Shown: one piece after another, positions 10,395 through 20,567 of the stretch
Position numbering within the stretch: position 1 is the stretch's first letter
How the letters are laid out: each line of letters starts with the position of its first letter
IMG/VR virus record: IMGVR_UViG_3300002307_000090
Span: 1 to 44,104 of that record
Source of the DNA: a virus
Lineage: Duplodnaviria > Caudoviricetes
Strand: one strand, 5' to 3'
DNA: 44,104 nt
Position numbers and translations under genes: made by a program
The notes under the pieces: generated by a model
The model's database searches: none
Seen by the model: only the letters and a program-made list of their open reading frames with translations
Told to the model about the DNA's origin: nothing

Positions 10395-11333
10395 ATGACA
10401 CTACACAACAAACTCTGGGTCGAGAAGTTTCGCCCAAGTACCGTTTCGGACTACGTTTTCGTAGACGAACGGCAAAAGCAACAAGTCAACGACTGGATCG
10501 CATCAGAGTCTATTCCCAATCTACTACTGAGCGGAGAACCAGGAACAGGCAAGACCACACTGGCAAAAGTGCTGATGAATGAATTGGGCATTGATGAATT
10601 CGATGTGCTTGAGATCAACGCATCACGTGAGAACGGTGTTGATGTTATTCGTGACAAGATTCTAGGTTTCGTACAAACAATGCCCTTTGGCAAGTTCAAA
10701 GTCGTACTGTTAGACGAGGCAGACTACATGACTCCAGCGGGTCAGGCCATGCTGCGTGGTGATATTGAAACCTATCACAGTTCAGTGCGTTTTATCTTGA
10801 CTTGCAACTATGCACACAAGATTATCCCAGCACTGAAAAGTCGTTGTCACGAGTTTCATATCACCAAGACAGACAGAACCGAGTTTACTGCACGAGCAGC
10901 AACGGTCTTGGTCACAGAAGGTATTGAATTTGATCTTGACACACTTGATGCGTATGTAGGAGCAACTTATCCAGACTTACGCAAGTGTTTGAATCAATTG
11001 CAAGCCAACAGTTCAACTGGCAAACTGCTACAGGTTCAAAACAGTGTGAACGATCAAGATGCAATGCTTGTCGAAATCACCGATCTGTTCAAGGGCGGCA
11101 AGATCACAGAGGGTCGTCAGCAACTCTTGCAGTTCTTGGGTTTCAACCCAACACGTCTTGAAGACTTGTACAAGTGGATGTATCAGAACTTGAACTTGTG
11201 GGGCAAGACTGACGAACAAAAAGACGCAGCCATTATCGTGATTAGAAACGGTCTGGCAAATCTATCATTGGTTGGCATTCCCGAGATAAGTCTTGCGGCA
11301 ACTATGATCGAACTTACACAAATAAAAGGATAA
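10395..11333 (+). CDS. gp44: Sliding-clamp loader large subunit (T4 gp44/RFC-like AAA+)
   Basis: LWVEKFRP, GEPGTGKTT, INAS, DEAD and SRC motifs. Confidence 0.92.
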   Translation: MTLHNKLWVEKFRPSTVSDYVFVDERQKQQVNDWIASESIPNLLLSGEPGTGKTTLAKVLMNELGIDEFDVLEINASRENGVDVIRDKILGFVQTMPFGKFKVVLLDEADYMTPAGQAMLRGDIETYHSSVRFILTCNYAHKIIPALKSRCHEFHITKTDRTEFTARAATVLVTEGIEFDLDTLDAYVGATYPDLRKCLNQLQANSSTGKLLQVQNSVNDQDAMLVEITDLFKGGKITEGRQQLLQFLGFNPTRLEDLYKWMYQNLNLWGKTDEQKDAAIIVIRNGLANLSLVGIPEISLAATMIELTQIKG

Positions 11334-11335
11334 CA

Positions 11336-11611
11336 ATGAGATACTTGATGTTGACATTCTACAGACAGCCGGGTGGCCAAATCAACGAAGAGCGCAAAGT
11401 CGCTGCAAATCTTAAGCCACGTGATCTGCAACAATGTAGCGTGATCATGGACTACAAAGAAGAAAAGGTTATCAAGTGTGTAATCGAGGGCAAAATGGTA
11501 CCTACATCGTTTGAGAAATTGAACGAGTACTACAAAAAGGTTTACCCAGAAGCAATCGATCAACTTGAACTTATCAATCATGAACGATTTGAACCAAAGA
11601 GCATACTTTAA
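11336..11611 (+). CDS. Hypothetical protein
   Basis: 91 aa, AAGGA SD, in operon. Confidence 0.65.
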   Translation: MRYLMLTFYRQPGGQINEERKVAANLKPRDLQQCSVIMDYKEEKVIKCVIEGKMVPTSFEKLNEYYKKVYPEAIDQLELINHERFEPKSIL

Positions 11612-12195
11612 TGAGCAATGTAATCTTAACTGATGTAGACGGTGTACTTCTCAACTGGGAGTATGCTTTCGACACCTGGATGCAAACACACGGTCACTCT
11701 AAAGTCGCTGGTGGAGAATACAAGTACGACATTGGCAAACGATACAACATTTCTAAAGAACAAGGCAAGCAACTGATCAAGTACTTCAACGAAAGTGCTG
11801 CCATTGGTTTTCTACCACCCTTACGTGATGCCATGCACTATGTCAAGAAGCTACACGAAGAACACGGTTACGTATTTCACGCTATCACTTCACTTTCAAC
11901 AGACAAGAATGCTGTACATCTGCGTGAAATGAACTTGAAGAAACTGTTTGGCGAAACCGCGTTTGAACGGATCGTATGTCTAGACACAGGCGCAGACAAA
12001 CTCGACGCATTGACTCCGTATCGTGATAGCGGTCTATGGTGGCTTGAAGACAAGATCGACAACTGTATTGATGGAATAAATGTTGGACTCAAGTCGTTGT
12101 TAATGGAACATGGACACAACATGGACTTTGATCATTCAGAAATACCTCGCGTCAAAAATTGGCGCGAGGTATACGACATCGTGTTGGGAAATTAA
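11611..12195 (+). CDS. HAD-superfamily 5'(3')-nucleotidase-like (T4 30.2-like)
   Basis: ILTDVDGVLLNW motif I, AITS motif II, K and LEDK motif IV. Confidence 0.8.
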   Translation: MSNVILTDVDGVLLNWEYAFDTWMQTHGHSKVAGGEYKYDIGKRYNISKEQGKQLIKYFNESAAIGFLPPLRDAMHYVKKLHEEHGYVFHAITSLSTDKNAVHLREMNLKKLFGETAFERIVCLDTGADKLDALTPYRDSGLWWLEDKIDNCIDGINVGLKSLLMEHGHNMDFDHSEIPRVKNWREVYDIVLGN

Positions 12196-12965
12196 CGATA
12201 GAGTTTCAGAATCTCTCCGATCAGTCTGTGACGCTGAATGTCACGATGATCAAAATAGCAGGTCTCAATGCCCTCTGTTGGAGACTTCTGCAACTTGTCT
12301 TGTAAGTCCATCAATCCATTGTCAACAGACTTCCTGTCTGTTTGCTCAATATCACCAGTCACAACGATCTTAGAACCCACACCAATACGAGTGAGAAGCA
12401 TTTTCAACTGCGTTGGTGTGGCGTTTTGCATTTCATCGGCAATGATCCATGTGTTCTTGAATGTACGACCACGCATATATCCCAACGGCGCAAATTCAAC
12501 AATCTGATCTGCCAACATACCCTCTACCTCTTTGACAGCGTAGAACTCATGTAGAACGTCAACCATGGGTCTGACCCACGGCGCTAATTTTTGATTCAAA
12601 TCACCTGGTAAAAAACCATGTTGTTCATCTTCAATCGAAACGTTTGGACGACATAGCACAATACGATCACACTCACGATTTCGCATTGCTTGGATAGCTG
12701 CCAAGATAGCCAGATATGTCTTTCCCGTACCCGCTGGCCCACTCACGACCACTACATCGGTGTCTTCGTTTTGAAGCGCCAGAATGTATGATTCTTGATT
12801 GACTGTTTTGGGAACTAAGTTAACAGCTTTGCGCTGTTTTTGTGGATTGAAACTTACTATATTCGATGTGGTCTCCATAGGTTGCTTTTGATAGAAAGTT
12901 TGATAGTGTTTTTGTGTTGAGTAGTCTTGTTCTTTTCTTAATGCACTGCTTTTTTTTCTTGACAA
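12192..12965 (-). CDS. phoH: PhoH-family ATPase
   Basis: GPAGTGKT, RGRTF, DEMQN, GDIEQTD. Probable TTG start at 12965 behind an AGGAG SD; minus-strand TGTAAATA late promoter at 13007-13014. Confidence 0.92.
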   Translation of the reverse strand: MSRKKSSALRKEQDYSTQKHYQTFYQKQPMETTSNIVSFNPQKQRKAVNLVPKTVNQESYILALQNEDTDVVVVSGPAGTGKTYLAILAAIQAMRNRECDRIVLCRPNVSIEDEQHGFLPGDLNQKLAPWVRPMVDVLHEFYAVKEVEGMLADQIVEFAPLGYMRGRTFKNTWIIADEMQNATPTQLKMLLTRIGVGSKIVVTGDIEQTDRKSVDNGLMDLQDKLQKSPTEGIETCYFDHRDIQRHRLIGEILKLYR

Positions 12966-13006
12966 GGTAAATCTCCTGAGGGTTGATCTGCTCATAACAG
13001 ATAAAG

Positions 13007-13134
13007 TATTTACAAACTGCAAACGTGCAGCATAATGCGTGTCATTTCTTAGAAAATCATGATAAATAAAAAGCTGTACCACATGTTATTGGTTATCTTT
13101 CAAAAACACTATTCATATATTAAAATGATAAATA
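13007..13134. promoter_or_regulatory. Divergent late-promoter region
   Basis: Minus-strand TGTAAATA at 13007-13014; plus-strand GATAAATA at 13061-13068 and 13127-13134. Confidence 0.65.
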
Positions 13135-13141
13135 CTTTACT

Positions 13142-13765
13142 ATGAAAGAAAAAACATTCTTAGATACACCCCAATGGGAAGAAATCGTCAATAACGTCAA
13201 GGGCATCATGACCTCTGATGGTACTATGACTACGCTGCTTGACTTTGAGCGTGTGCTAGACGAAGCAGACATCTATGCGTTCAAGAACTGGGGTCTGGGA
13301 GAACTGGTTGACGGACCCATTATTCGTCGCTATGAAGTGATCTGTACGTTCATGTGGCCCTTAGGTGTTATGCCTGACCCACGTGGAGCAAAACGATTGC
13401 TACCCTTGGGTTGCAATGTCAAATTCAAAAAGACAGGCATCAAAGTGCCTATTCAAATTCAAGAGCCTGATGACTTTAAACCAGGCACACACTATCCAAA
13501 ACTGATTGATCGTAAAGTATGGCTTGTAAACATTACAATGCCCAAAGAACTAATGAACGACATTCGTGAAGGCACTATCGATCTTGCTGGTCAAAACATT
13601 GACCTTGAAGACCTTGATGACGCATACGCTAAAGACTATGACACTGATGATCTGAAAGATTATGAAGACGAAGAAGGCGGTGAACAATCTCCAGGCGGTG
13701 CTCCAGACATGGGCATGGGCGGCGGAATGGGCGGTGGACTAGCTCCCGGCGGTCTAGGAATATAA
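13142..13765 (+). CDS. Late phage protein, function unknown
   Basis: 207 aa. DFERVLD...KNW..GELVDGP...MPDPRG core, acidic/Gly-rich tail, leaderless after late promoter. Confidence 0.7.
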   Translation: MKEKTFLDTPQWEEIVNNVKGIMTSDGTMTTLLDFERVLDEADIYAFKNWGLGELVDGPIIRRYEVICTFMWPLGVMPDPRGAKRLLPLGCNVKFKKTGIKVPIQIQEPDDFKPGTHYPKLIDRKVWLVNITMPKELMNDIREGTIDLAGQNIDLEDLDDAYAKDYDTDDLKDYEDEEGGEQSPGGAPDMGMGGGMGGGLAPGGLGI

Positions 13766-13766
13766 T

Positions 13767-14309
13767 ATGAAACAGCTAAATGAAAGCTTACAACATTTAG
13801 ATTTTGAAAATCAATTGTTGACAACCATGGGCATTGACAAATACGCATCAAGCATTGGCAATGATGAAGACTTTATCACTCTGAACTTTACAGTGCGAAG
13901 CAAACCCGGAGCAGATGATTTGGTCAACTGGTTAGAGCGTGGATACGACTGGATCGTGGATGCTGAAACAAGTCCAGGTGAAGTCACAGATGGAAAATTC
14001 TTGGTGTTTGCTGAACTCAATCGTCGCACCAATGCCGCAAAACGCATATATGAAATTATGGCAGACTTGGAAACACTTACTGGATTAGACGCAGAAGAAT
14101 GGAAGTTGAACATCGGAGACAGTATGTATCCAGCATCAGAAGAAACCATCAAAAAGCACATTGCACTTAGCCCGTTGGAATACAAAGAGCAACACGAAAC
14201 CGAATTGAATGAAATGCGTGTGATCGCTGGTCTTGAAGAAGTTACCATTTATAATGGCAAGAAAGATGCAGCAATTCAAGCAATGCAACGATCAGCCGGA
14301 ATCATATAA
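13767..14309 (+). CDS. Late phage protein, probably head-associated
   Basis: 180 aa. MKQLNES N-terminus; LNEMRVIAGL and AMQRSAGII motifs. Confidence 0.65.
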   Translation: MKQLNESLQHLDFENQLLTTMGIDKYASSIGNDEDFITLNFTVRSKPGADDLVNWLERGYDWIVDAETSPGEVTDGKFLVFAELNRRTNAAKRIYEIMADLETLTGLDAEEWKLNIGDSMYPASEETIKKHIALSPLEYKEQHETELNEMRVIAGLEEVTIYNGKKDAAIQAMQRSAGII

Positions 14310-14311
14310 TC

Positions 14312-14352
14312 TGTCCAAACTGCTTGACAGCATTATCTACCTGTGTTATAAT
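14312..14352 (+). promoter_or_regulatory. Consensus sigma70 promoter with TGTCC box; leaderless
   Basis: TGTCC-N7-TTGACA-N17-TATAAT; ATG 5 nt after the -10. Confidence 0.85.
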
Positions 14353-14357
14353 TCTGT

Positions 14358-15128
14358 ATGGATTACTATAGCGCACTAGGCATCTCTAAGACTGCCACAC
14401 AACAAGAAATCAAACAAGCTTATCGCAAGCTGGCGGCTAAGCATCATCCGGATCGAGGCGGATCAACCGAAGAATTCCAAAAGATCGAAGAAGCTTATCG
14501 CACACTAAGCGATGAAGAGAAACGTCAGCAGTACGACAATCCAAATCCCTTTGGTCAAGGTGGAGCAGGATTTGGTGGATTCAACTTTGGCGGTGGCAGT
14601 CCATTCGAGGAAATATTCAAGCAGTTCAATCAACCACGTCAGCGTATGTACACAGTCAATGTGTTTGTCACGCTTGAGCAAGTATCACGTGGAGACACAG
14701 AGACAATTCAAGTTCAAACTCCAGCCGGTCCCAAAACATTTCAAATCAAAGTGCCAAAGGGCATTGAAGACGGACAGCGAGTCAACTATGAGAACTTGAT
14801 GCCAGACGGTGTGTTGCAAATCATGTTTAGAATTCATCGTCACACAAAGTTTGAACGTCGCGGTTTGGACTTGGTGACCATTCTCAACATTTCGGTGTTT
14901 GATTTGATCTTGGGAACTGACATTGAGTTCATCACCATTCACGATCAAACACTGTCGGTCAAAATCCCACCACGCTCAAAGCCAATGTCCAATTTGCGAA
15001 TCCCAAATCACGGATTGGAAGCATCCAACGCTAAAGGTGACCAATATCTATTGCTTTCCCCTGTAATACCTGATACAATCAGTACTGACTTACTTACTGC
15101 TCTGGAAAAAGAGCGCAAACAAGGATAA
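14358..15128 (+). CDS. dnaJ: DnaJ class II (CbpA-like) co-chaperone
   Basis: J-domain with HPD, G/F-rich linker, C-terminal substrate domain, no Zn finger. Confidence 0.9.
   Translation: MDYYSALGISKTATQQEIKQAYRKLAAKHHPDRGGSTEEFQKIEEAYRTLSDEEKRQQYDNPNPFGQGGAGFGGFNFGGGSPFEEIFKQFNQPRQRMYTVNVFVTLEQVSRGDTETIQVQTPAGPKTFQIKVPKGIEDGQRVNYENLMPDGVLQIMFRIHRHTKFERRGLDLVTILNISVFDLILGTDIEFITIHDQTLSVKIPPRSKPMSNLRIPNHGLEASNAKGDQYLLLSPVIPDTISTDLLTALEKERKQG
15051..15079 (+). promoter_or_regulatory. Internal sigma70 promoter for clpA
   Basis: TTGCTT-N17-TACAAT inside the dnaJ 3' end. Confidence 0.5.
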
Positions 15129-15131
15129 TAT

Positions 15132-17438
15132 ATGATCAATAACCCAGATGTAGAACGCATTATTGAACAGGCAATTCAATTTGCCAAACAACGCAATCAT
15201 GAATATGTCACTCTAGAGCATACGCTATTGAGCATGATCACAAGTGAACCATTCAAGAAACAATTGGAAAAGTTCGGCGTTCAAACTGATCTGATGATGA
15301 TGGATGTTTCAGGATATCTTGACGGGTTAGTATCACTTGTGGCAAAAGACACTAGTGTTCCAGTACAGCCTAGAAAAACCAACACACTTGATCGCATGTT
15401 CAGCCGTGCAGTCACGCAAGTGCTGTTCACGGGTCGCAGACAAATCGAAATCATCGACTTATATTTGAGTATGATTCACGAAACCAACAGTCACGCATCG
15501 TATTTCTTGTTGAAATGGGGTGTGACAAAAGTAGAATTCATTGCATTCTGGAAACAAAATTTTAATATGACAAAACACGTTGATCGCTTGAGCGAAGAAC
15601 AAGCCACTGAAATCCTCGAAGAATATACAATCAATCTTACCGCACTTGCACGTGACAACAAGATTGAACCCGTGATTGGACGTGAGCAGGAGATTCAAGA
15701 TATTATCATGATTCTTGCCAAGAAGTTCAAGTCCAACGTATTGATGGTCGGTGATCCAGGTGTGGGTAAGACTGCAATCGCAGAGGGCATTGCATCACGA
15801 ATCATCACAAATGACGTGCCAGACTTTTTGAAAAATCACGAACTGTACTCACTTGAGATCGGGTCATTGCTGGCAGGATCAAAATATCGTGGTGACTTTG
15901 AAGAGAAAGTCAAGAACGTGATTGACGCATTGACAACAAAAAAGAATGTCATTTTGTTCATTGACGAAGCACACACCATGAAGGGTGCAGGTGCCGGCAC
16001 ATCCAGTTCGCTTGACTTTGCCAATATGTTCAAGCCTGCAATCACAAAGGGCACACTCAAGATCATTGCATCAACAACTTGGGAAGAATTCTACGAGTCG
16101 TTTGAGAAAGATCGTGCATTGATGCGTCGTTTCTATCGTGTGGGCGTCGATGAACCTGATATGGAAACCACAGAAAAGATTCTCACTGGTCTTTCAGAAC
16201 GCTTGAACGAGTTTCACAATGTTGTCATTCAGCCCAGTGCCGTCAAAGCGGCAGTTGAACTGAGCAACAGATACATTCATGATCGCAAGAACCCTGACAA
16301 GTCAATTGACTTGATTGACGCTGCGTGTGCAAAAGAACGTGTGGCAAACTCACAGGGCACCAAGATTACTGACGTTGAAATCAAAGAGCAAGTGACAAAG
16401 ATGTGTGATATCCCAGAGGACAAAATGTCAACTGATGTGTCAGACAAGATGATGACGCTTGAAAGCACGATTCACGACAAACTGTACGGTCAAGATTCGG
16501 CAGTCAAAGATGTGCTTGACAGAATCTATGTGTCGTATGCTGGTATTGCCAACGAGAAAAAGCCAATGGCATCATTCTTGTTCTTGGGCCCAACCGGCAC
16601 TGGTAAGACTGAGTTTGCAAGATTGCTGAGTTCACATCTTCAAATGCCCTTGCTCAAGTATGACATGAGTGAGTATCAAGAGAAACATTCAGTGGCAGCC
16701 TTGATCGGTGCTCCACCAGGATATGTTGGATTCTCGGACTCAAACTTGGGCGGTGGTAAGATCATCAACGATTTGTCAAAGAACCCATACTCTATTCTAC
16801 TGTTTGATGAAGTCGAAAAAGCTCACCCTGATGTGTACAACTTGTTCTTGCAATTGCTGGATGAGGGTCGTATCACAGGCACAAACGGTAAGACAGTCAA
16901 TGCCAAGAACACAATCGTGATCATGACTTCAAACTTAGGTTCTGCTGATAGTGAGCGCAACAACATTGGTTTCGGCGAACAGGGCAAAACAGGCGAAGAC
17001 GAGAAAGCTCTTAAAGAGTTCTTCAAACCTGAGCTGCGTAATCGTATTGATGCTATTGTCAAGTTCACCAAGCTTGATGACTTGTCGATCAAGAAAGTTG
17101 TGGTCAAGTTTGCAAACGAACTGCGTACACAGCTTCAAGATCAACACAACATCACACTGACACTGACTGAGCCTGTGGTTGACTATCTCGTGCGTCAGGG
17201 ATACGACTCCAAGATGGGCGCACGTCCTCTTGCTCGTAAGATTGATGAACTGGTTCGTGTACCCTTGAGCAAGAAAATCTTGTTTGATCGTGTCAAGAAC
17301 AGTGATATCACTGCTGTGCTTGTGCCAAACGAGGGTATTGACTTTGAAATCACCGCAAAGCCGCACGATCATACTGCAACTGTCGGTACCGATGGTGTCA
17401 TTTATGTTCAGGGTGATTTGTTTGATAACTCAAAGTGA
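15132..17438 (+). CDS. clpA: ClpA-like Hsp100 AAA+ unfoldase
   Basis: Clp N-domain, GDPGVGKT/FIDEAH, GPTGTGKT/FDEVEK, PPGYVG pore loop, IGF loop, no M-domain. Confidence 0.92.
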   Translation: MINNPDVERIIEQAIQFAKQRNHEYVTLEHTLLSMITSEPFKKQLEKFGVQTDLMMMDVSGYLDGLVSLVAKDTSVPVQPRKTNTLDRMFSRAVTQVLFTGRRQIEIIDLYLSMIHETNSHASYFLLKWGVTKVEFIAFWKQNFNMTKHVDRLSEEQATEILEEYTINLTALARDNKIEPVIGREQEIQDIIMILAKKFKSNVLMVGDPGVGKTAIAEGIASRIITNDVPDFLKNHELYSLEIGSLLAGSKYRGDFEEKVKNVIDALTTKKNVILFIDEAHTMKGAGAGTSSSLDFANMFKPAITKGTLKIIASTTWEEFYESFEKDRALMRRFYRVGVDEPDMETTEKILTGLSERLNEFHNVVIQPSAVKAAVELSNRYIHDRKNPDKSIDLIDAACAKERVANSQGTKITDVEIKEQVTKMCDIPEDKMSTDVSDKMMTLESTIHDKLYGQDSAVKDVLDRIYVSYAGIANEKKPMASFLFLGPTGTGKTEFARLLSSHLQMPLLKYDMSEYQEKHSVAALIGAPPGYVGFSDSNLGGGKIINDLSKNPYSILLFDEVEKAHPDVYNLFLQLLDEGRITGTNGKTVNAKNTIVIMTSNLGSADSERNNIGFGEQGKTGEDEKALKEFFKPELRNRIDAIVKFTKLDDLSIKKVVVKFANELRTQLQDQHNITLTLTEPVVDYLVRQGYDSKMGARPLARKIDELVRVPLSKKILFDRVKNSDITAVLVPNEGIDFEITAKPHDHTATVGTDGVIYVQGDLFDNSK

Positions 17439-18126
17439 TTTCACACGTGATAATTCCAGACTGACTTTATACCACGATACGTTCAAGTATAGAGTCAGTA
17501 TGGATATTGATGGCATAGAGTATTTTAGACGTGCAAAAACATACGAACAATTTATAGAGGTGTGTGAATTCATTACGCCCTCTAGATTTATTCATGGCAA
17601 AACAATTCAAAAATTCGTTGATTGGCGCGGCATCAATGACCCAGAAAAATTTATGGTGCGTATCTCTCATGGAAGTTTAAATGTATACTTTAATGAGTTT
17701 GATATCATCAATGACTTGTTAGATAGGTTCACTGATGTTGAGAAAACACGTCAGCACACAAAGTATTGGTACTGTGAGCCAATGCCAAATTACGACAAGG
17801 GTGTGCTTTATCGAGTAAATCCCAAGCACAAGTATAGAATCTATATGAAAAGTCGCAGATACACTAATGATGAGCGTAAAGAACTTCTTTCTTATCTTAG
17901 CAATAAGAACGTTCATTTTGCAGAAGCAATGATGAACTGGTTTCATCTGGCGCCTGATACCGCGTTCGGTTCTGCAAACTGGTTTGGATTTCGTTCAGGA
18001 ACAATTTGGGCATATCCAAGTAATTTCTTTGATTTTGATGACGAATCACTTATTACAATGCTGTACTTGAAATATCCCGACTTGATAGGAAAAGTCTTTG
18101 AGATACAACAAAAGATAAATACTTGA
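17404..18126 (+). CDS. Hypothetical protein (start uncertain, 17404 or 17422)
   Basis: Long aromatic-rich ORF filling the gap after clpA. Confidence 0.6.
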   Translation: MFRVICLITQSDFTRDNSRLTLYHDTFKYRVSMDIDGIEYFRRAKTYEQFIEVCEFITPSRFIHGKTIQKFVDWRGINDPEKFMVRISHGSLNVYFNEFDIINDLLDRFTDVEKTRQHTKYWYCEPMPNYDKGVLYRVNPKHKYRIYMKSRRYTNDERKELLSYLSNKNVHFAEAMMNWFHLAPDTAFGSANWFGFRSGTIWAYPSNFFDFDDESLITMLYLKYPDLIGKVFEIQQKINT

Positions 18127-18139
18127 CGGAGCATTTATC

Positions 18140-18304
18140 ATGGCACAAATCCACGAAGAAGTTATCATTATCAAACTAAGCAAGCTGGTTAAAAACGACG
18201 CAGAAGCAGGTGTATTAGCATCAGTTGACATTGTTACAGCACTTGAGCAAGTTGTTCAAGAGTTAGTAGGTGATACAGTCATTGTTGAAGTCGAGAAAGC
18301 ATAA
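18140..18304 (+). CDS. Small late protein (54 aa), absent from the ORF track
   Basis: MAQIHEEVIIIKLSKLVK...VEVEKA; GGAG SD; GATAAATA at 18114-18121; TAATG coupling to the next gene. Confidence 0.75.
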   Translation: MAQIHEEVIIIKLSKLVKNDAEAGVLASVDIVTALEQVVQELVGDTVIVEVEKA

Positions 18305-18705
18305 TGGCACAGGGCACCACAGTTGTTCTTATCCCTCAAACCGCATATCCTGGGCCACCAGGAACTACGGCTGCTTACGTTGGAGAAAAACAACAAGCGG
18401 CTGCTTACTATCTTGCCAATCGTGATTTGCAAACTATCAGTTGGAATCTAGGTCAAGTCCCGCAGCCACAGAATCAAATGAGTAATCCAGTATTCGTTGG
18501 AAACATTTTCATTCAGGCTAGCATTGCCACAAGTCCAACAACAGACAATGATTGGTTTGGTGTGTATCAACTAGATACTACTCCCAATCCCAACAACAAC
18601 GTTCAGCAGGGCTACTATAATCTCAAGGGCAACTACGTGTGGCTCAGAGCAGTAGTGCGTGACTGGACTCAGGGCGCAATATCTCTAGTAGCAGCGAGTT
18701 ACTAA
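18304..18705 (+). CDS. Probable virion structural protein (beta-rich)
   Basis: 133 aa. FVGNIFIQASIA...DWF...GNYVWLRA resembles the C-terminal part of 41772..42632. Confidence 0.6.
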   Translation: MAQGTTVVLIPQTAYPGPPGTTAAYVGEKQQAAAYYLANRDLQTISWNLGQVPQPQNQMSNPVFVGNIFIQASIATSPTTDNDWFGVYQLDTTPNPNNNVQQGYYNLKGNYVWLRAVVRDWTQGAISLVAASY

Positions 18706-18881
18706 TGAACAAGCAACAACTTCGCAGACTTATTCGTGAAAGCAGAACCTTGATGCGTACTGCTACGCCTGAGCAAAAAGTTCGCTTGTTGTCGCTTATT
18801 CGTGAAAGCTATCGTAAAATCAAAGCTCAACAGTTAATCGAATCACAACCCATTGATACCGATTACTTAGAAGAAAAATAA
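18705..18881 (+). CDS. Small late protein (58 aa) with LIRES repeats, absent from the ORF track
   Basis: MNKQQLRRLIRES...LLSLIRES...LIES...DYLEEK; TAATG coupling. Confidence 0.65.
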   Translation: MNKQQLRRLIRESRTLMRTATPEQKVRLLSLIRESYRKIKAQQLIESQPIDTDYLEEK

Positions 18882-18943
18882 AAATTTTTCGATCACTCAT
18901 CTGTGCTGTAAATAGTAGTATCATTTACAACATAGGATGAAAA

Positions 18944-19867
18944 ATGTCAACTAAGAAATCAAAAGAAAAACTAATTCCGGTGGATGCAGTTCAAGAAATT
19001 GCAGACAAGGCCCCACAAGCAGCAAGTATCGGCGGTACCGGTGAACAACCACCCGCAGCAGCTCCAGCAGAAGCAGCACTACAGCCTGGACAACAACAAA
19101 TTCAAGTTAACGTAGAGTTCTTGAAGACCACACGAGTTCACATTGGTATGCCATGCTACGGTGGTATGCTAACAGAATCAACGTTCATGTCTTTCATCAA
19201 GTTTGGTAACACTGCACGTCAACTTGGTATTGACTGGACATTGGAAACAATGGTCAATGAATCATTGATCTCACGTGCTCGTAATACACTAACAGCAAAG
19301 TTCTTGCATCAGAAAGAATCAACACACTTAATGTTTATTGACGCTGACATTGGTTGGGAAGCGTGGCATCTGTTGGCCTTGTTGAATCATGACAAAGACA
19401 TGATCGGTGGTCTGTATCCAATGAAGACCATGCCAATCAAGTGGGTTGTCAACGGTTTTGAGGGCGCAGAAGAGGGTCCAAACGGTCTACAAGAAGTTTC
19501 AAAAGCCGGTACTGGTTTCTTATTGACCAAGCGTGATGTATTTGCCAAGATGGCCACACACCCAGCCGTTAAAGCGTACAAGAACGACATCGGTCTTGAT
19601 CCAGTTTACGATCAATACTTGCGTACATACTGGGACACAGCGGTTCGTCAAGGTCGCTACTACAGTGAGGATTGGACCGCATGTGAAAACTGGCGTGATC
19701 TGGGCGGTCGTATCTGGATGGACAAGCGTATTCTGTTGCGTCATCAGGGATCGTATAACTTCTGTATTGAGAATCAAGACCATCTGTTGAGCACAATTGG
19801 CCCGATGTATTTGGAACAGCAGATACAACAAGGCAAAGTTCAAAAGATCGATACATCAGCGAAATAA
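18944..19867 (+). CDS. GT-A fold glycosyltransferase (GT2-like)
   Basis: IGMPCYGG, SRARN, FIDADI (DxD), GTGFLL, SED, H motifs; TGTAAATA at 18907-18914. Confidence 0.8.
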   Translation: MSTKKSKEKLIPVDAVQEIADKAPQAASIGGTGEQPPAAAPAEAALQPGQQQIQVNVEFLKTTRVHIGMPCYGGMLTESTFMSFIKFGNTARQLGIDWTLETMVNESLISRARNTLTAKFLHQKESTHLMFIDADIGWEAWHLLALLNHDKDMIGGLYPMKTMPIKWVVNGFEGAEEGPNGLQEVSKAGTGFLLTKRDVFAKMATHPAVKAYKNDIGLDPVYDQYLRTYWDTAVRQGRYYSEDWTACENWRDLGGRIWMDKRILLRHQGSYNFCIENQDHLLSTIGPMYLEQQIQQGKVQKIDTSAK

Positions 19868-19896
19868 AAATGGAGGCTTCGGCCTCCATTTTGTTT
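19867..19896 (+). terminator. Intrinsic terminator with C(UUCG)G tetraloop
   Basis: AAAATGGAGGC-TTCG-GCCTCCATTTT. Confidence 0.9.
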
Positions 19897-19923
19897 GACA
19901 CGCACTGAGCATCGTGCTATAAT
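19895..19923 (+). promoter_or_regulatory. Consensus sigma70 promoter; leaderless
   Basis: TTGACA-N17-TATAAT; ATG 6 nt downstream. Confidence 0.85.
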
Positions 19924-19929
19924 CACTCA

Positions 19930-20559
19930 ATGACTATTTACTATCTATACATCAAGACGCATCGAGTCACCGGATTAAAATATTTCGGACAAACGATACA
20001 GGATCCTTTCAAATATCGAGGGTCTGGTCCATATTGGAAAAAACATCTTCAAGAATATGGATATGATATTGATACAGAGATAGTTCTTGAAACTATCGAT
20101 AAGAATGAACGTAATCGTATCGGACGAAAACTTAGCTCATTGTGGAATGTTGTTGAAAGTGACGAATGGGCAAACTCTATACCAGAAACAGGTGGCGGAT
20201 CATTCAGCGGAGAATGGAATCCGAATCGCGGAAAGAAAGGACCAGATCATCCAGCTTATGGACGAATCGATTCTGAAGAAACAAAAAAACTCAAAGCAGA
20301 AGCGAAGAAGGGATCAAAAAACCCATTCTTTGGCGTGACAGGTAAAGATCACCCAGGGTCAAAGATAGATAAGCGCGGAGCAAATAATCCAACATACGAC
20401 CCCACTATATTTACGTGGAGAAATGATGAGAGTGACGTGACGCACTATATGACTAGACAAGAGTTCAAATCGCTGGGTATATTGTCAAAAGCCTCAGTGG
20501 ATAGATTGGCAAGAGGTTCGTATCCGTCGCACAAAGGCTGGCGGATCGTCCGAGACTAA
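19930..20559 (+). mobile_element. Free-standing GIY-YIG-like (Seg-type) homing endonuclease with NUMOD-like repeats
   Basis: YLYIK..TGLKYFGQT..Y.GSG.YW...E...N-GG nuclease domain; SEETKKL and NPFFG NUMOD3-like motifs. Confidence 0.75.
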
Positions 20560-20567
20560 ATACAAGT

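Noticed and set aside
12966-13082. Extended N-termini in the ORF track (phoH; also 7388, 31131, 33118, 34965, 35257, 37162)
   Set aside because: The extensions run through promoters, terminators or upstream genes; better starts with an SD or promoter lie downstream.
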